Part shown: piece by piece, positions 20,140 to 32,855 of the stretch | Layout of the letters: every line of letters starts with the position of its first letter | Position numbering within the stretch: position 1 is the first letter of the stretch | Notes under the pieces: generated by a model | The model's input: the letters and a program-made list of their open reading frames with translations, nothing else | Databases searched by the model: none | Told to the model about the DNA's origin: nothing | Translations under genes and position numbers: made by a program | NCBI GenBank assembly: GCA_963833125.1 | Contig: CAWHWX010000016.1 | Span: forward strand, 32,001 to 96,000 | Source of the DNA: Candidatus Bathyarchaeota archaeon | GTDB taxonomy: Archaea > Thermoproteota > Bathyarchaeia > 40CM-2-53-6 | Direction of reading: 5' to 3' | DNA: 64,000 nucleotides

Positions 20140-22790
20140 CCGTCACTGCCTCGCGGATCTCACCTACCGACTCCTCAGGCAGCGGCGGCACATCCGCCAG
20201 TCCCTGCGGGAACTTCTTTGCCAACTCCTGGTAGCACTCAAGGAGCGGGCGGCCTTCGTTTCGGCCCAACAACCACTTGCGATACCGCCTTTCTCGGGGA
20301 AATGTCGTCGAGATCCAGTAATCGAGAGCGGTTGGTACGAGCCGAATTGTCTGCGTCGTTTCCGCTTTTTCTCCCAGCACCATCAGCGCCTGCGCATACT
20401 GCCCCTTTCGCGGCGCGCTGAATTCCTTCACTTCGTTGACTGCGGCAGGATTCGAGTGAAAGGTGCTTGACCAGCGCAGTCGTGTCCCCAGGCTGTTGCC
20501 CGATGATTTTCGTGGTCGCGTTCTTGAGAATTCCAGGGCCGTGCTCGCGAGGCTTGCCTTCGGTCCCGACGAAATCTTCCGGTGTCTGGCTGATGCCCCA
20601 CACGCTTCCGTAACGCTTGCGCGCCGTGCGAAACAGTTGTACGACCTCCGGGGCCAGGCTCGGGGAATCAAGCAGCGCCCAGCATTCGTCGAGCACCGTG
20701 ATCGAAGGCTGGCCGGTCTTCCCCGAGGCGCGCTCGGCCACGGCATTTGCAATCACCATGCTCATCGCAGTCTCAAGCAAGGGGTCCGAACTCAAGCCTT
20801 CGACGTTGAAGAAGACCCAGCCGGCATCGAGGCGCATGGTTGTGGGCCGATCGAAGAGGTTCGCGTATACTCCCTTTTCACCCGTCCACAACCGGAGCTT
20901 GATCGAAGCGAGCTTCGCTTCATCGATCGTGCGCTCGATCCGCTCTTCGTCCCGCCAGTTCGCAAGCTCTTCTTTGAGGTCGTTGAACGTCGGAATGGGA
21001 TTCGAGAACCGGGCGCGGCACCGCTTGTAGGTACGCGCGATGGCGTCGCTCAGAAGGTTATCGAGGAGGGTGTCGTCCGACCGGCGATTTTGCCCAATCA
21101 TGTGAAGGGTCAGGTTTTTGAGAAAGGCGATTTTGTCCTTGGTAGGCTCTGAAACGCCCACCGGCAGGTCCCAGGGATTCAACGTTTCTGTCCCTTCAAG
21201 ATCCACAGCAATCGATCGTCCGCCCATCAGTTCGACCAGAGGCTCGTACGAGTCGCCTCTTTCGAGAATCGAAATGAAGGGATTGGCCCTGGCCAGCATC
21301 AACAGAAACATCTGGGCCATGAACGTCTTCCCGGCGCCGCTCTTGGCCATAATCAGCATGTTGGCGTCTCCGAGCGAAGGGTCGAAAGGCGAGAAAGGAA
21401 TCAACTGTCGCTGCGGGGTCTCGAAGAGCATCACGGGTGATTGCGGCGTGCCGCGCCAGGGAACTTCGACGGGCATAAGATCGGCGGCATGTAGCGTGAG
21501 TTGGGGCAGTTCACGCTTATTCTCACCGCCCATGGCTGGGAGGCTCGCGAAATACAACCGCTTCTGGGCCAACATTTCCGGGACCCCGCGCGCGCCGTTC
21601 ATCCGCCCGAGTGCGTGGAGAACGCGCTGGCGCCGATCGGCAAGCGTCCGCGCTGCCTCCTCGCGCTCGAAATCATTCCAGATCGGCTTTGAGGTTCGGA
21701 CGCCGATAATCATGCTAGCTTCACAGACCTTGAGCGAGCTCGAGATCACTTGTTTCAGGACGTCGATCAACTGCTCTTCGGCAACCTGGGCGTCAACGTT
21801 CATCCGGAAGCCGCCGTGCATGTCGCGCTGCGCCGCCATCATCTTCCGCAGGCGCGACTTGAACTGCTTCTGGACCTTGGCTTGGTCGGGCAGATTAACT
21901 TCTACGTTCGCGACCAGTGGGAAAGACAAGCTCAATAGCTCGCGCAACATCCCAGGAAACGTGGCGTCCGGAAGGTCCTTGACGCTCACGAACGAGTACA
22001 ACAAACCGCCGATCTTCAAGTAGTCGTCGGCTTCGTTCTCGAAGTTGACGTTGGCTGCCTGAGAACGAGCGCTCTCATAGTCGAGCATCAGCTCGGGCGG
22101 TCTGAAGGGAAGAGCGTCTTCGCGCAGTGGGTCGAGCGCCCGCTTGATTTCAAGGAACAACTCCTGATGCGTCATCCTGCGAACACCCATCCCGGTCGAA
22201 TGCAGCGTGGTCTCAAGGCCCGACATGAGGCTGGTGAACTCGGCCCGGAGATCCTCATGCTCCCTCCGAGTCCGCTCGATGCACTTGGTTGCCGATGGGC
22301 TCCAACCGCCTCGCCGGCTCGATTTCATCTTCCGCTTCCACTCGAAGTCGGGCGACTGGTGGTGGATTCGCGGGTTCCAGATGAAGTAGGCATGAAGCAG
22401 GTGGCGGAGATAGCGGCCGGCGGCATCGTACGCTCGCCAGGCCGTGACACGCTCTTGATCGATCGTCTGCAGGATAGAGTTGGGGTTTCGCTGCTCACGG
22501 TTGTAGCGGCCAAGCAAGCCGCCCACGCCTTCCGCGATTTCGAATCGAATCTGCATCCGCATCGACCGCTCCGGAAGCGATCGCAGCAAGGCTTCGAGCG
22601 CCTGCTTGTTGCGGTTGCGTTCGTCGTCGCTCGCGTAGAGCGATGCGAGGCCGCTCAACTCGTAGCCCGCGACGAGGGATCCATCAACCTGGATGGCAAC
22701 GTCGTCCAGCAGGTCGCGGATTCTCAGTTGCTCGCACAGCGAAGCGGCGGTAAGAGAGCGCTCGTAATCTTCCAAAGTAATGGGCATCAC
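20132..22790 (-). CDS. virB4: VirB4-family T4SS ATPase; frameshift near 20460
   Basis: Walker A AKSGAGKT, LNPWDL, Walker B VLDECW, FRTARK, ISQ. Confidence 0.92.
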
Positions 22791-23125
22791 CTGTCTCCGT
22801 AATTGAGATAAGGTTTAGTCAGTTGGTTATCGGGTTCCAGCGCTGAATAGAGATGAGGCTTGGTGTGGAACTCGACCCAATCGAGCAAGTACCCGCGTTG
22901 CTTGCCGTATTTGAAGAGCATTAAGGCCGGGACGCTGAGCAATGGCACGAGGTATTGAATGACCATGTTCATGGGGAGCCCGAACATTTCCCGGTGAAGG
23001 AAGCGTCCCAAAATATTAGCGACAATCGCCACAGCGAGAATCGCGAACAGGTCCTCGGCCTCAAGACCCAGAAAAGTGACTCGCGTCCGTAAGTTTCTGT
23101 GTACCGCAGTGACTTCGAGCGCCAT
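22787..23125 (-). CDS. VirB3-like protein
   Basis: 112 aa, VHRNL..RVTFLGLE, two TM segments, coupled to virB4. Confidence 0.75.
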   Translation of the reverse strand: MALEVTAVHRNLRTRVTFLGLEAEDLFAILAVAIVANILGRFLHREMFGLPMNMVIQYLVPLLSVPALMLFKYGKQRGYLLDWVEFHTKPHLYSALEPDNQLTKPYLNYGDR

Positions 23126-23163
23126 AGATAACTCCGTTTCTCAAACTCGTTTCTGCCGGGTCC

Positions 23164-23616
23164 TCACGCGACTCCTTGGGTTCCTTGGGCAACAAAGAAC
23201 TCGGCCAGGCGCAGAAGCCCCGAAAGAAGCAGGCTCAGACCTGCCGCGAGGAAGTGCCGCTGCCAACCACTGGTGTGGTGAATGCGCATGCCCGAGACCA
23301 ATGACAGTCCACCCGCGGCTACTTCAAGCGCCGCGTAGAGCGGCATGATGACGTTGCACGTCCAGTCAACGAGCGTCACGATGGACATCCAATAGACGTC
23401 GGGATCGTTCCAGCTCTTCTGTGAAGCGAAAGTCTCAAGCGCCCGCAGCAACCCCGAACCCAGCAGACACAGAAGGCCCGCATACATCGGCTGGGAGTAG
23501 GCGAGGCCGCGGGAGAAGCGAACAACGGCGAGGGCGAAAAGAAGCCCGGCCAGCGTAGGCAGGATGACGTTACCGGTCCAGTTCGTCAGGTTCAAAATGC
23601 CGTTGTAGAAAGACAT
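23164..23616 (-). CDS. Membrane protein with two tandem pilin (VirB2/TrbC)-like units
   Basis: Internal repeat NWTGNVILP...SGLLRALETF / DWTCNVIMP...SGLLRLAEFF. Confidence 0.65.
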   Translation of the reverse strand: MSFYNGILNLTNWTGNVILPTLAGLLFALAVVRFSRGLAYSQPMYAGLLCLLGSGLLRALETFASQKSWNDPDVYWMSIVTLVDWTCNVIMPLYAALEVAAGGLSLVSGMRIHHTSGWQRHFLAAGLSLLLSGLLRLAEFFVAQGTQGVA

Positions 23617-23629
23617 GGTTCGCCTCTCC

Positions 23630-24295
23630 CTATTGCGCCATGGCTTCGACGAGATACCACAGGCCCGAAACACAAAGCATGGCGAGCGACACGCCAACCA
23701 GCCGCATCGCCGGCTTGCCGGCGGCGAATCGGATGATTGCTCCGAAGATTCCGAGACCAGCTGCGATGGGCATGATGACGCTCGCGAGATAAGTCCAAAG
23801 GCTGTCGAGCACGTCGACGGTCGCGTACTGGGTCCCGGTGTTGTACTGCTGGATCAGCGTGTAAGTCGTCTGTGCACCCAGCAGGAACAGGGCCGCAAAC
23901 ACAGAGGGCAGGGGATTGCCGCCTTCCGCTGTGTCCAGGATCGACCGCAAAACCATGAACGCGGCCAGAACCGGCACCATGCGCCCCATGACGAAGCTTT
24001 GGACGAAGCTCGAAACGTCACTCTCGAAGCTCGCCAGCCACCAGGAGGTGATGCTCCCTCCGAGCGGCGGCATGGTCACTCCAAAGCTGCTAAACCAAGT
24101 GAGCAGCCCAGGCAGAGTTAGGAACATCACGGCCCAGAACATCCACTTCGTGAATCCACCCCCGATGACGAAACTCACTCCGCCTGTCTCGCGCCGCAGG
24201 CTGATACCGGCGAGGACCAGCGAGACGAGCGCGGCTGAAGGGGCGAGCTGTAACAGCAGGTTCGCAATGTCTGTCAGCAGGTGAGGTGTCTGCAT
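23630..24295 (-). CDS. Membrane protein with about three tandem pilin-like units
   Basis: Three amphipathic-helix/TM/TM units; the last (LASVIMPIAAG...VSGLW) matches the adjacent pilin. Confidence 0.6.
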   Translation of the reverse strand: MQTPHLLTDIANLLLQLAPSAALVSLVLAGISLRRETGGVSFVIGGGFTKWMFWAVMFLTLPGLLTWFSSFGVTMPPLGGSITSWWLASFESDVSSFVQSFVMGRMVPVLAAFMVLRSILDTAEGGNPLPSVFAALFLLGAQTTYTLIQQYNTGTQYATVDVLDSLWTYLASVIMPIAAGLGIFGAIIRFAAGKPAMRLVGVSLAMLCVSGLWYLVEAMAQ

Positions 24296-24403
24296 ACTCT
24301 CTTTCCTTGCATAAGCTCGGTTGTGGGCAGGCAGCTTGGACCGTGCGCCAGCGTCGGTCCGGAGCTGCCCGCCCGGGTTGATGTGACGGGACTCTCGCTC
24401 CTT

Positions 24404-24770
24404 CTAAGGAACTCCTCCTGTGCCGTTCGCGATCCAGAATTCGATCAGTCGCGTCACGCCCGACACAAGAAGCAGCGCTGCGGCCGCAAAGAGCCAGCGG
24501 CCGAACCCTCGTCCGGTCAGCCAGGAGACGATGGCGCCGACTACTGCGCCACCGGCTCCGACCGGCGCGATCACGTTGCCGATCCAGTTGATGAAATTCA
24601 GAAACGTCCCTTCCGGCTGCGCTCCGGTTTCACCCTGGACGGCAACGTTGGTCTGCGGGGCCGCGCCGAGGTTCTGCGCTTGAACGTAGGTGCCAAACAG
24701 CATCAACGCGATTCCCGCCACTGCCAGGGGCCGCTTCCAGCCGTCGGCCCTCTGAGCCTCTGTAGGTCAT
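24404..24770 (-). CDS. VirB2/TrbC-like major pilin candidate; frameshift in the leader peptide
   Basis: AAGGAGG RBS, signal peptide ending VQA, NWIGNVIAPVGAG...VSGVTRLIEFW; followed by a stable hairpin (~24325-24374). Confidence 0.7.
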
Positions 24771-24824
24771 GGATCCCTCCTTTCTGGCTGGGCCGCGAAT
24801 CGAGTCTTCGGCCCAACCGCGATT

Positions 24825-24858
24825 GTTGTGCAATGAGATATTTTTTCTGTCAAACGGC
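24825..24858 (-). promoter_or_regulatory. Sigma70-like promoter upstream of the pilin cluster (shared motif, copy 2)
   Basis: gccgtTTGACA-gaaaaaatatctcattg (17 nt)-CACAAC. Confidence 0.55.
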
Positions 24859-25007
24859 TCGCACGGAGAGTGAAGGTAGACGCATGGGGCGCGAGACTCA
24901 TAAAGGGTTGTCGATCTTCCCGGCCTCGCAACCCGACTGAGGCCGCGACGTTCTTGGCACAGAAAAGGAAATACGAGCGCCGCAACGAGTCCCGGAATCC
25001 CCGAGGG

Positions 25008-25050
25008 AGGTTCCCTTTCGGGGCACTGTTCGTGCCCCTTAAGGGAACCT
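25008..25050. terminator. Strong hairpin between virB10 and the pilin promoter
   Basis: aggttccctt/aagggaacct plus ggggcac/gtgcccc; T-run follows on the + strand. Confidence 0.55.
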
Positions 25051-25102
25051 TTTTGAGGTGGGAATGAATCAGGGGATGTTCTATGGCGGGACTCAATGTT
25101 GT

Positions 25103-26637
25103 TCAACCTACTGTTGCTGCTGGTTGTCGCTCGAAGCAGGTTTTTCCGTGGGTTCTTCGTTGAGAGAGCTGGCTCAACTCCTGCCTCAACTGCAATAGTT
25201 GTCTAAGCTCTTCGAAGCTGGGCGCGTCTTGTCCATCGCCCATTGCGCGCGAAGCGTCATTTCCATGGCCGGAGGATCGAGCTTTCCCGGCGGAATCGGT
25301 GGTCTTTTGAAGAACGACGTAAAATCGAGTATTGCCGGGAACCGTCACCACAATGTCTTGATTGAACGCAACCTGATTTAATTCGTTCTGTCCGGCAATT
25401 CCTACGTTGTCAGCCATTCGCTCTCTTAACAGCACGCTACCCGAGATCGGGCCGTTGATGTTATTTGCCCCTACCAAATAAGCCGCCGCGGTGCCCAACC
25501 CGGTCAGCGTCTGCACGAGAAATCGTGTGCCTCTTTTCTTGCCTGCAACGAGACCTTTGAGCGGCTCGAAGTCCAGACCCATCGACGTACCGTCAATCTT
25601 TTCCGTGGTTCCGTCCGGTAACTCAATCGTGTCGAAATGCAGCGAGACGAACCCGGAGGAGTTGGCTTGCAGCAGCCTTCCCAGAACCTTTGAGCCCGCC
25701 GGAATCACAATCTCGCCATCGCGTTCGTAGTTGTACTCAATCGCCGCCACAACTGGGGCCGAAACCGCCGTGCTGGCCGCCGACTCGAGTCGTGCAACCA
25801 AACAGTACCCGGCGGCAGAAGTGAATCGAGCAAAGTGGCTTCGGCGAGTGATTTGTCGGCGCGGAAACTCTCGCCATTTGCATGTGAAACGGCGGAAGCC
25901 AGACTGGAGCTTGCTTCAGTGTTTCTCACGAAAACGAGCGACGGCTTCTTGAGGTCATTCTCAGAAGCGAGTGTGATTGGTAAACCATGCGAGGCTGCCG
26001 GGAGGCTCTGGTTTCCGCCGAATCCGGCCTTCGCGTACTCCTTCTGCAAGTCCGGGTCGGAAAAGTCGATTTGGCCGAGCTCGTAGTTTTGGCCCAAGCG
26101 ATTCTTTGTCTTCGGATCGGCATGCGCGACTGTTGCGGGTGGAATCAAAGTGCTGGTGGTCGTGTTTGGCTTCGCAACTGCACTTTGAACGCCCGCGTGC
26201 GAAGTTCGGTTGATGTCATCTGGGGTTACCTGATCGCCTGTCGAGTGATTCTCTTCACGGGTGTCAGCACTCAGTAACGGCGTCGTCGAACCTGCTTCCC
26301 GCTGTTCTTGTCCCGGTGTGACCCTCCGGCCGAGGTCAGGCTTCCCCTTGCTCGAAGCATCTCGTCGCTTTGGTCTCTGGGGTGAGGAGAATAAAGCCAG
26401 GAAAACCAGCAGGCCAAGGACAGCCGCGGCCACCAGAATGAAGAACGACTTTGACTTGTCCTTGCCAAGCTCCGTGCGGGTTGTTGAGGATGGGCGCTTG
26501 GCAGCTTGAAAGGGCAGCTTGAGCGCCTTGAGCATTCGTTCGAGGGGAGTCTGCGGAGTTTCCGGCTCTTCGTCCTCGAGCAGGTGCAACTGCTCACTCG
26601 GAGTTGCGGCCTTACCTTCCTGTGTTCGATCGATCAT
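25103..26637 (-). CDS. virB10: VirB10/TrbI-like protein; frameshift near 25800
   Basis: N-terminal TM segment, disordered linker, then LPPGT..ARLESA...PVVA, IPAGSKVLG, VTVPGNTRFYVVL. Confidence 0.85.
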
Positions 26638-27673
26638 GATTTTCCTCCTCAGAGACGTTGATCCCAAAGCCGATGGGAGCGAGAGCCGGCCGGTTAATCG
26701 CGCCGGCTTCCGCAACCTGCAAAAACAACGTTTCACTGGATTGCTTGTAGGGTGGGCGCTCGAAAAGCACCACGCCGTCAGCTCGTTCTCCCGGAGCAAG
26801 GCGCCGCTTGCTCAGCCGGTAGTCCATCACCGGCAATTGCTCGGCAGTCGTCCACTTTGAATGCTTAATGAATTTCCCTTGCTTCGTCTTGCCTCCCAAC
26901 TGGACCTGCGGCGGCATCATCAGGATGTCCCGATCCTGCGGGTTGACGACTGAAAACAACACGATCACTTCCTGCCCGCCGTCAATGACTTGACCGACCC
27001 CGGCGCGAATTCTCTCAGCTCCCGACGATTCGCTCTTCGGAACGCTCGCCATATAGTTCCGGCAGCGTGGCAGACTCTTGGAAGCGAAGAAGTTCGTCGA
27101 GGGTCTTTCGCCGAACTGACACGGGGGTCGCTGGTGTCGCCGGGGAAACAGTGAGAGACACGTGGCTTGGCGAAGCTGACGGCGAATCTGGTGGAGAATT
27201 ACGGTCAGCCCCGGCCGGAACTTCGGACGGCGACAGTGGAACCGTTTGTGAGACCGCAAGCGTCGAACCTGCCGGCTCGATGACAAAACTTTTTTCCGGC
27301 CGATAATTGACCAGGAAATCTACACTTGTGCCCGGTTGCTCCCCCGGGCTTCGCACGAGGACGCTCAATTGATGCCCCTTGGTCGTCGAAATCAGCAGAT
27401 TAGTCTGGGCGGCCTTGGTCGTAAGGACTTTCACGAACACCAGTTGCGGCTCGCGGTCGGAGTGCTCCACCTGGAAAAGCGCTGGGTCTCCAACAACCAC
27501 CGAGCTTACCGGCTCGGGAACCCTGATGGCCGTAACAAAGTGCGCCGCTACCTCGGCCACGGTCACCTGATCAGTGAAGCCGGAAAGGGTCGCAATCCGA
27601 GGCTGGAGCTGAGTCGTTTGACCATGGGCACAGGCAATACAGGCGACGAGCGCCGCAGCACAAAATATTCTGG

Positions 27674-27677
<4 letters not shown>
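26612..27677 (-). CDS. VirB9/TrbG-like secreted protein (copy 1); frameshift near 27045
   Basis: Signal peptide; VTAIRVPEPVSSVVVGDPALFQVE...LVFVK...TNLLIST; C-terminal LAPGERADGVVLF. Confidence 0.72.
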
Positions 27678-29119
<1,442 letters not shown>

Positions 29120-29284
29120 CTAACTTGGCATTTTTTCTTCCGCATCATGCTGAAATGCGGAAATCGGGCTACGGAAGGCGGCGGCAGTCGGGATGAGAAG
29201 CATCATTTGTTGTGAAGCAATGACTGGAATAGACTGGCAAAGCAGAGGCTTACAGAGGAACGCAGGAGTCGCGCCGCTTCTGGA

Positions 29285-29500
29285 ACACTTTTTGTGCCAA
29301 AGATTTTTTGCTGGTCGAATTATTTCACAAGGAGAAGCGGCTCGCGGCGGGAGTCAATTTGGCAGGTCTAGTCAGGCAAATCTTGTGCCAAATAAATTTT
29401 GCTGGTCGAGAAATTTCTCAAGATTTGGTGACGGCGGTCCATGGTCTTCCCCGCGTCTTATCGTTAGCAATCCATGTGCCAAAGAAAATTTGCTGGTCGA
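29285..29500 (-). repeat. Three 26-bp direct repeats at an exact 91-bp period, overlapping sigma54-like -24/-12 boxes
   Basis: TGTGCCAAA-N5-TTTGCTGGTCGA at 29293, 29384 and 29475; on the minus strand TGGCAC-N5-TTGC is perfect in copies 2 and 3. Confidence 0.85.
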
Positions 29501-29768
29501 TTTGCTTCAATTCCTCTTGACTAGGATCAAGACGTTGGTCGGACCCTGGCCTAAGCAAAGGATTGAGATAAAGGGTATTACGCTAACGGAGTCGCCGACG
29601 ACATTAGCGGCACTCTTGCTAAACAGCGGCGCGTGTGCGCGAGCGCCTCTCGGGCGCCTCGTCTACCTTGCGTTGAAGAAGCTTCAGCGCAATAATTCTT
29701 TCCGGCAGGCCTGGATTACTTTTCAGCGAACAATGGCTCTCGGTCCATGCAAGAGGAAGAATTTCGCC

Positions 29769-32700
29769 ATGACCATTTCATCCTTGATCCCCGATTCAGC
29801 AGCCCTCCTTGCGCTTAGACGGGAGCAACTGGGCTGTCCATTGCTGAAAGTTATCAACTCCCTGCCTGATGGGCAACGCAACCGGTACAACTATCTGATC
29901 TCGCCAGATTCGACGTTTGGCTATCCCCAGAACCATCATGAGCGCATCAAGGAAGCACAGAACGAAGCTTGGGAGTGGCTTCGCTCGGAGGGTTACGTTG
30001 CGCCTCGCCCAGGGAGTTCAAATCGCGATTTCGTATACGTCACCCAAAAGGGACGCGAATACTTGAAGACCTGCTCAGACCAGGTTAGCACGTCAGCGCC
30101 AACGAGCCCTCAAGGTCAGGAAACGACCGAAACAGACGCCGGAGTGCTGTCTCAACAAGAATCTCTCCCTAGCGAAGACTTGGCCAACCTCCCCCCTTGG
30201 CAGCGCGCCGCATTAGCTGCGCGCTGTGTTATGCGCGTCGCTCCTCTATTCGTGCCGACCGCAAGCCGTCCCATCCCGGATGCGAAGGCGGACCTCATCG
30301 CGATAGAGGTTTGTTGGATGGTCGCGGCACTCGCCGGCCTAGGCAAGGCCTCTAACCATGACATGGTGGGAAGAGTGGTCGGTGCGGCACTGAGAGCGCG
30401 CGATGCTGTCGGCGGTTCGCCGCCGTGGGGATTCGACGCCGCAAATGCCGCATGGGCTGCTGCTCATGTGGCTTGGAATTCTGATTCCGCACCACAGAAT
30501 CTTGTAGAGGAAGCTGAGCGGTCCCACGAGCCCGCTTTCGCCAAATACAGTGCAAGCGCCAGTGGTCTGATAACCATCAGTAGTAAGGCGACAGCCTGTC
30601 TCTCCAAAGATTTTATCGCACTACGTGAGCTCGTCCTTGGACCGGAGCCTGACACTGTTGTTATGCCAGCTTTCTTTGAGCGTTCGCTATGGTTCGGCGA
30701 GCTTAATCCGTTGGAGTTCCTGAGTCCGTTGCTAGGTCCCTGGCGAATCAAACTTTACGAACTCGGTCTCAAGGACGTCTACGAACGCCACGTTCGAATG
30801 CTTCACGGTGGTGGAATCGATTGGGAGGATGCGGAGCGACGTATCCAAGGATGGGCTGCTGAAAACAGTCTTGTGCCAGTCGCGCAGACGGGCATGGATT
30901 ATGTTCGCGTCGCAGCGAATATTCAATCTCCAAAGATCCCAGCCGGCCGCCCCAGTTTGCGCATGTTGGCAGATACACCCTTGACTGACGATGACGCCGA
31001 CCGACTTGATTTTAAGCCCTACGCAGACGCGCTGGCCGGATTGATTGACAGCCCAAATACCGCTACCCCGCTCACGCTCGCGATCAACGCGCCATGGGGC
31101 GCCGGTAAGACGACTCTATCTATGATGATTAAGAGGCGTCTGGAACAGAAGCTCGCGGCCGACGAGTACCTTCCGCATGCAACCTGTTGGTTTAATGCGT
31201 GGATGCATGACGACGCTTCTCACCTAGCTTCAGCATTCGCCGCTTACGTTGCGCACTGCGCTAACCATTTCCGGTCGCCCGTGAGTTGACTGGTCCGGCC
31301 TCTCCCCGACGGGCTCCTGGGCTCGAAAGAGCGTACGCGCCGCTACATCGGCGTGGTCGGGGTAATTCTCCTTTCCGCAGTCTCGTTAGTTATACGCTTG
31401 TCGCCTTTCGCTCCGAGCGTGGTGCAAGGGTGGCGAGACTATTTTAAGGTTACCTATCCGGGAACCATCGGTTTATGGATTCTGCTGTTTATCATGATCA
31501 TCAATGCGCTTCAGATTGTAATGCCTGCTGCGAAAACTGTGTCCGAGTTTGTAAAAGATCCGAAAGGAGTGGCTGCAACGGCCTCGATGCAGGAAGTCAG
31601 TAAGCAATTGGGGCGACTGATCAAGCAGGCAACGCACGGGCGCAGGAAATTCGTGATTTTTGTGGATGATTTGGAACGATGTCGACCTCCGCGGCCAGTT
31701 GATGTGTTGGAAGTTGTAAATCAACTTCTGAATCAAGAAGGAGTAGTAACGGTCGTTGCTGCTGATATGCCTGCAGTCGCGGCGTCTGCCGACCTGAAAT
31801 ATCAGAGTCTGGCTCAATTCTACGCTCCAACCGGATCGAACGCGTCTGGAAACGCTAGCGGAGATTTTGGGCGTACTTTCCTCCAAAAGATAATACAGCT
31901 TCAGTTTGACATACCTGCCCATTCGACGACGAAAATAAGAGGCTTAGTGGAAGCGTTAGCTAGCCAGATTGACCAACCTCCAAAGACAGCTACGAACACG
32001 ATTCGGGCGAAAATCGAGATTTGGCGGAAGCGAGAAACACAACGCCTCTTCAATAGGGGTGCGATGTCTGGACTTCAGCCTAGCCCCCGAAATATTAGGC
32101 TCGCTTTACTTGGAGTGCTTTCATTCTTTATCCCATATTCCATTATATTAATAATAATGGTTTCATGGGGAGCTTTGTATCGCGGAGTGCTATTCGTCAC
32201 GCTTCTCTGCGCCCCCTACTTATATTTAACGTTACGCGCTTTCGGTGTTTACATGAAATTTATCAGAAATATGCTCACACGCAAAGCCCGTCGATTGATT
32301 GACGACAAAATCAGGCAATCCGTCGGCGACGGCGAGCGGGATTTCAAGAAGGTCGAAGACCAGATTGCAAGCTCACTGATCAATGGAACGTCCGGGGTAA
32401 CGAACGAATTGATTCGCGAGCGAGTTCAGGCCTACATCGAGGACGAATCCGAGCTTCAGCGAGAGGCTGAGGATGAGGTCATGAATTATCTTCAGCCTTT
32501 ACCCAGGCACGCAAAGCGACTTTTGAACCGGCTGCGCCTGCTGTTGTTCGTTGCCCACGAACGAAGAATGTTCGGCGGAGCGCCCGAACTCACTGCCAGG
32601 CACATCGGAAAATGGGCTGTTCTCTGCGAACGATGGCCTGAACTCGCACAGGCCCTAATCGATCATCCTGGGGCAACGGCTGAGTTGGAAGGCCGACCCG

Positions 32701-32855
32701 GGAATGAGTCACCGCAAAAGGATAAGTACCATCGTACCCTCCAAAGCCTCGTGCCTGCTTACACCGACGATCCGGAACTTCAGGCATTCTTCCATAGCGG
32801 AACTGAGCTGACCAAAATAATTGAGAGGCTTATCCACTTTGAGCCTGCGACGTGA
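29769..32855 (+). CDS. KAP-family P-loop NTPase with extra N-terminal domains; interrupted by one in-frame TGA (31287-31289)
   Basis: DRLDFKPYA, AINAPWGAGKTT, FNAWMHD, two TM segments, VIFVDDLERC, FLQKIIQLQF, PRHAKRLLN; both ORFs are in the same frame. Confidence 0.85.

Noticed and set aside
29293-29500. CRISPR array interpretation of the 91-bp-period repeats
   Set aside because: Only three units, variable repeat centre, 65-nt spacers, no cas genes; the sigma54-like boxes explain them better
29193-29768. N-terminal 192-aa extension of the KAP ORF
   Set aside because: Runs through the regulatory repeats and does not look protein-like; ATG 29769 has an RBS
31287-31289. Selenocysteine recoding of the KAP in-frame TGA
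   Set aside because: No redox motif context and no convincing SECIS-like hairpin recognised downstream
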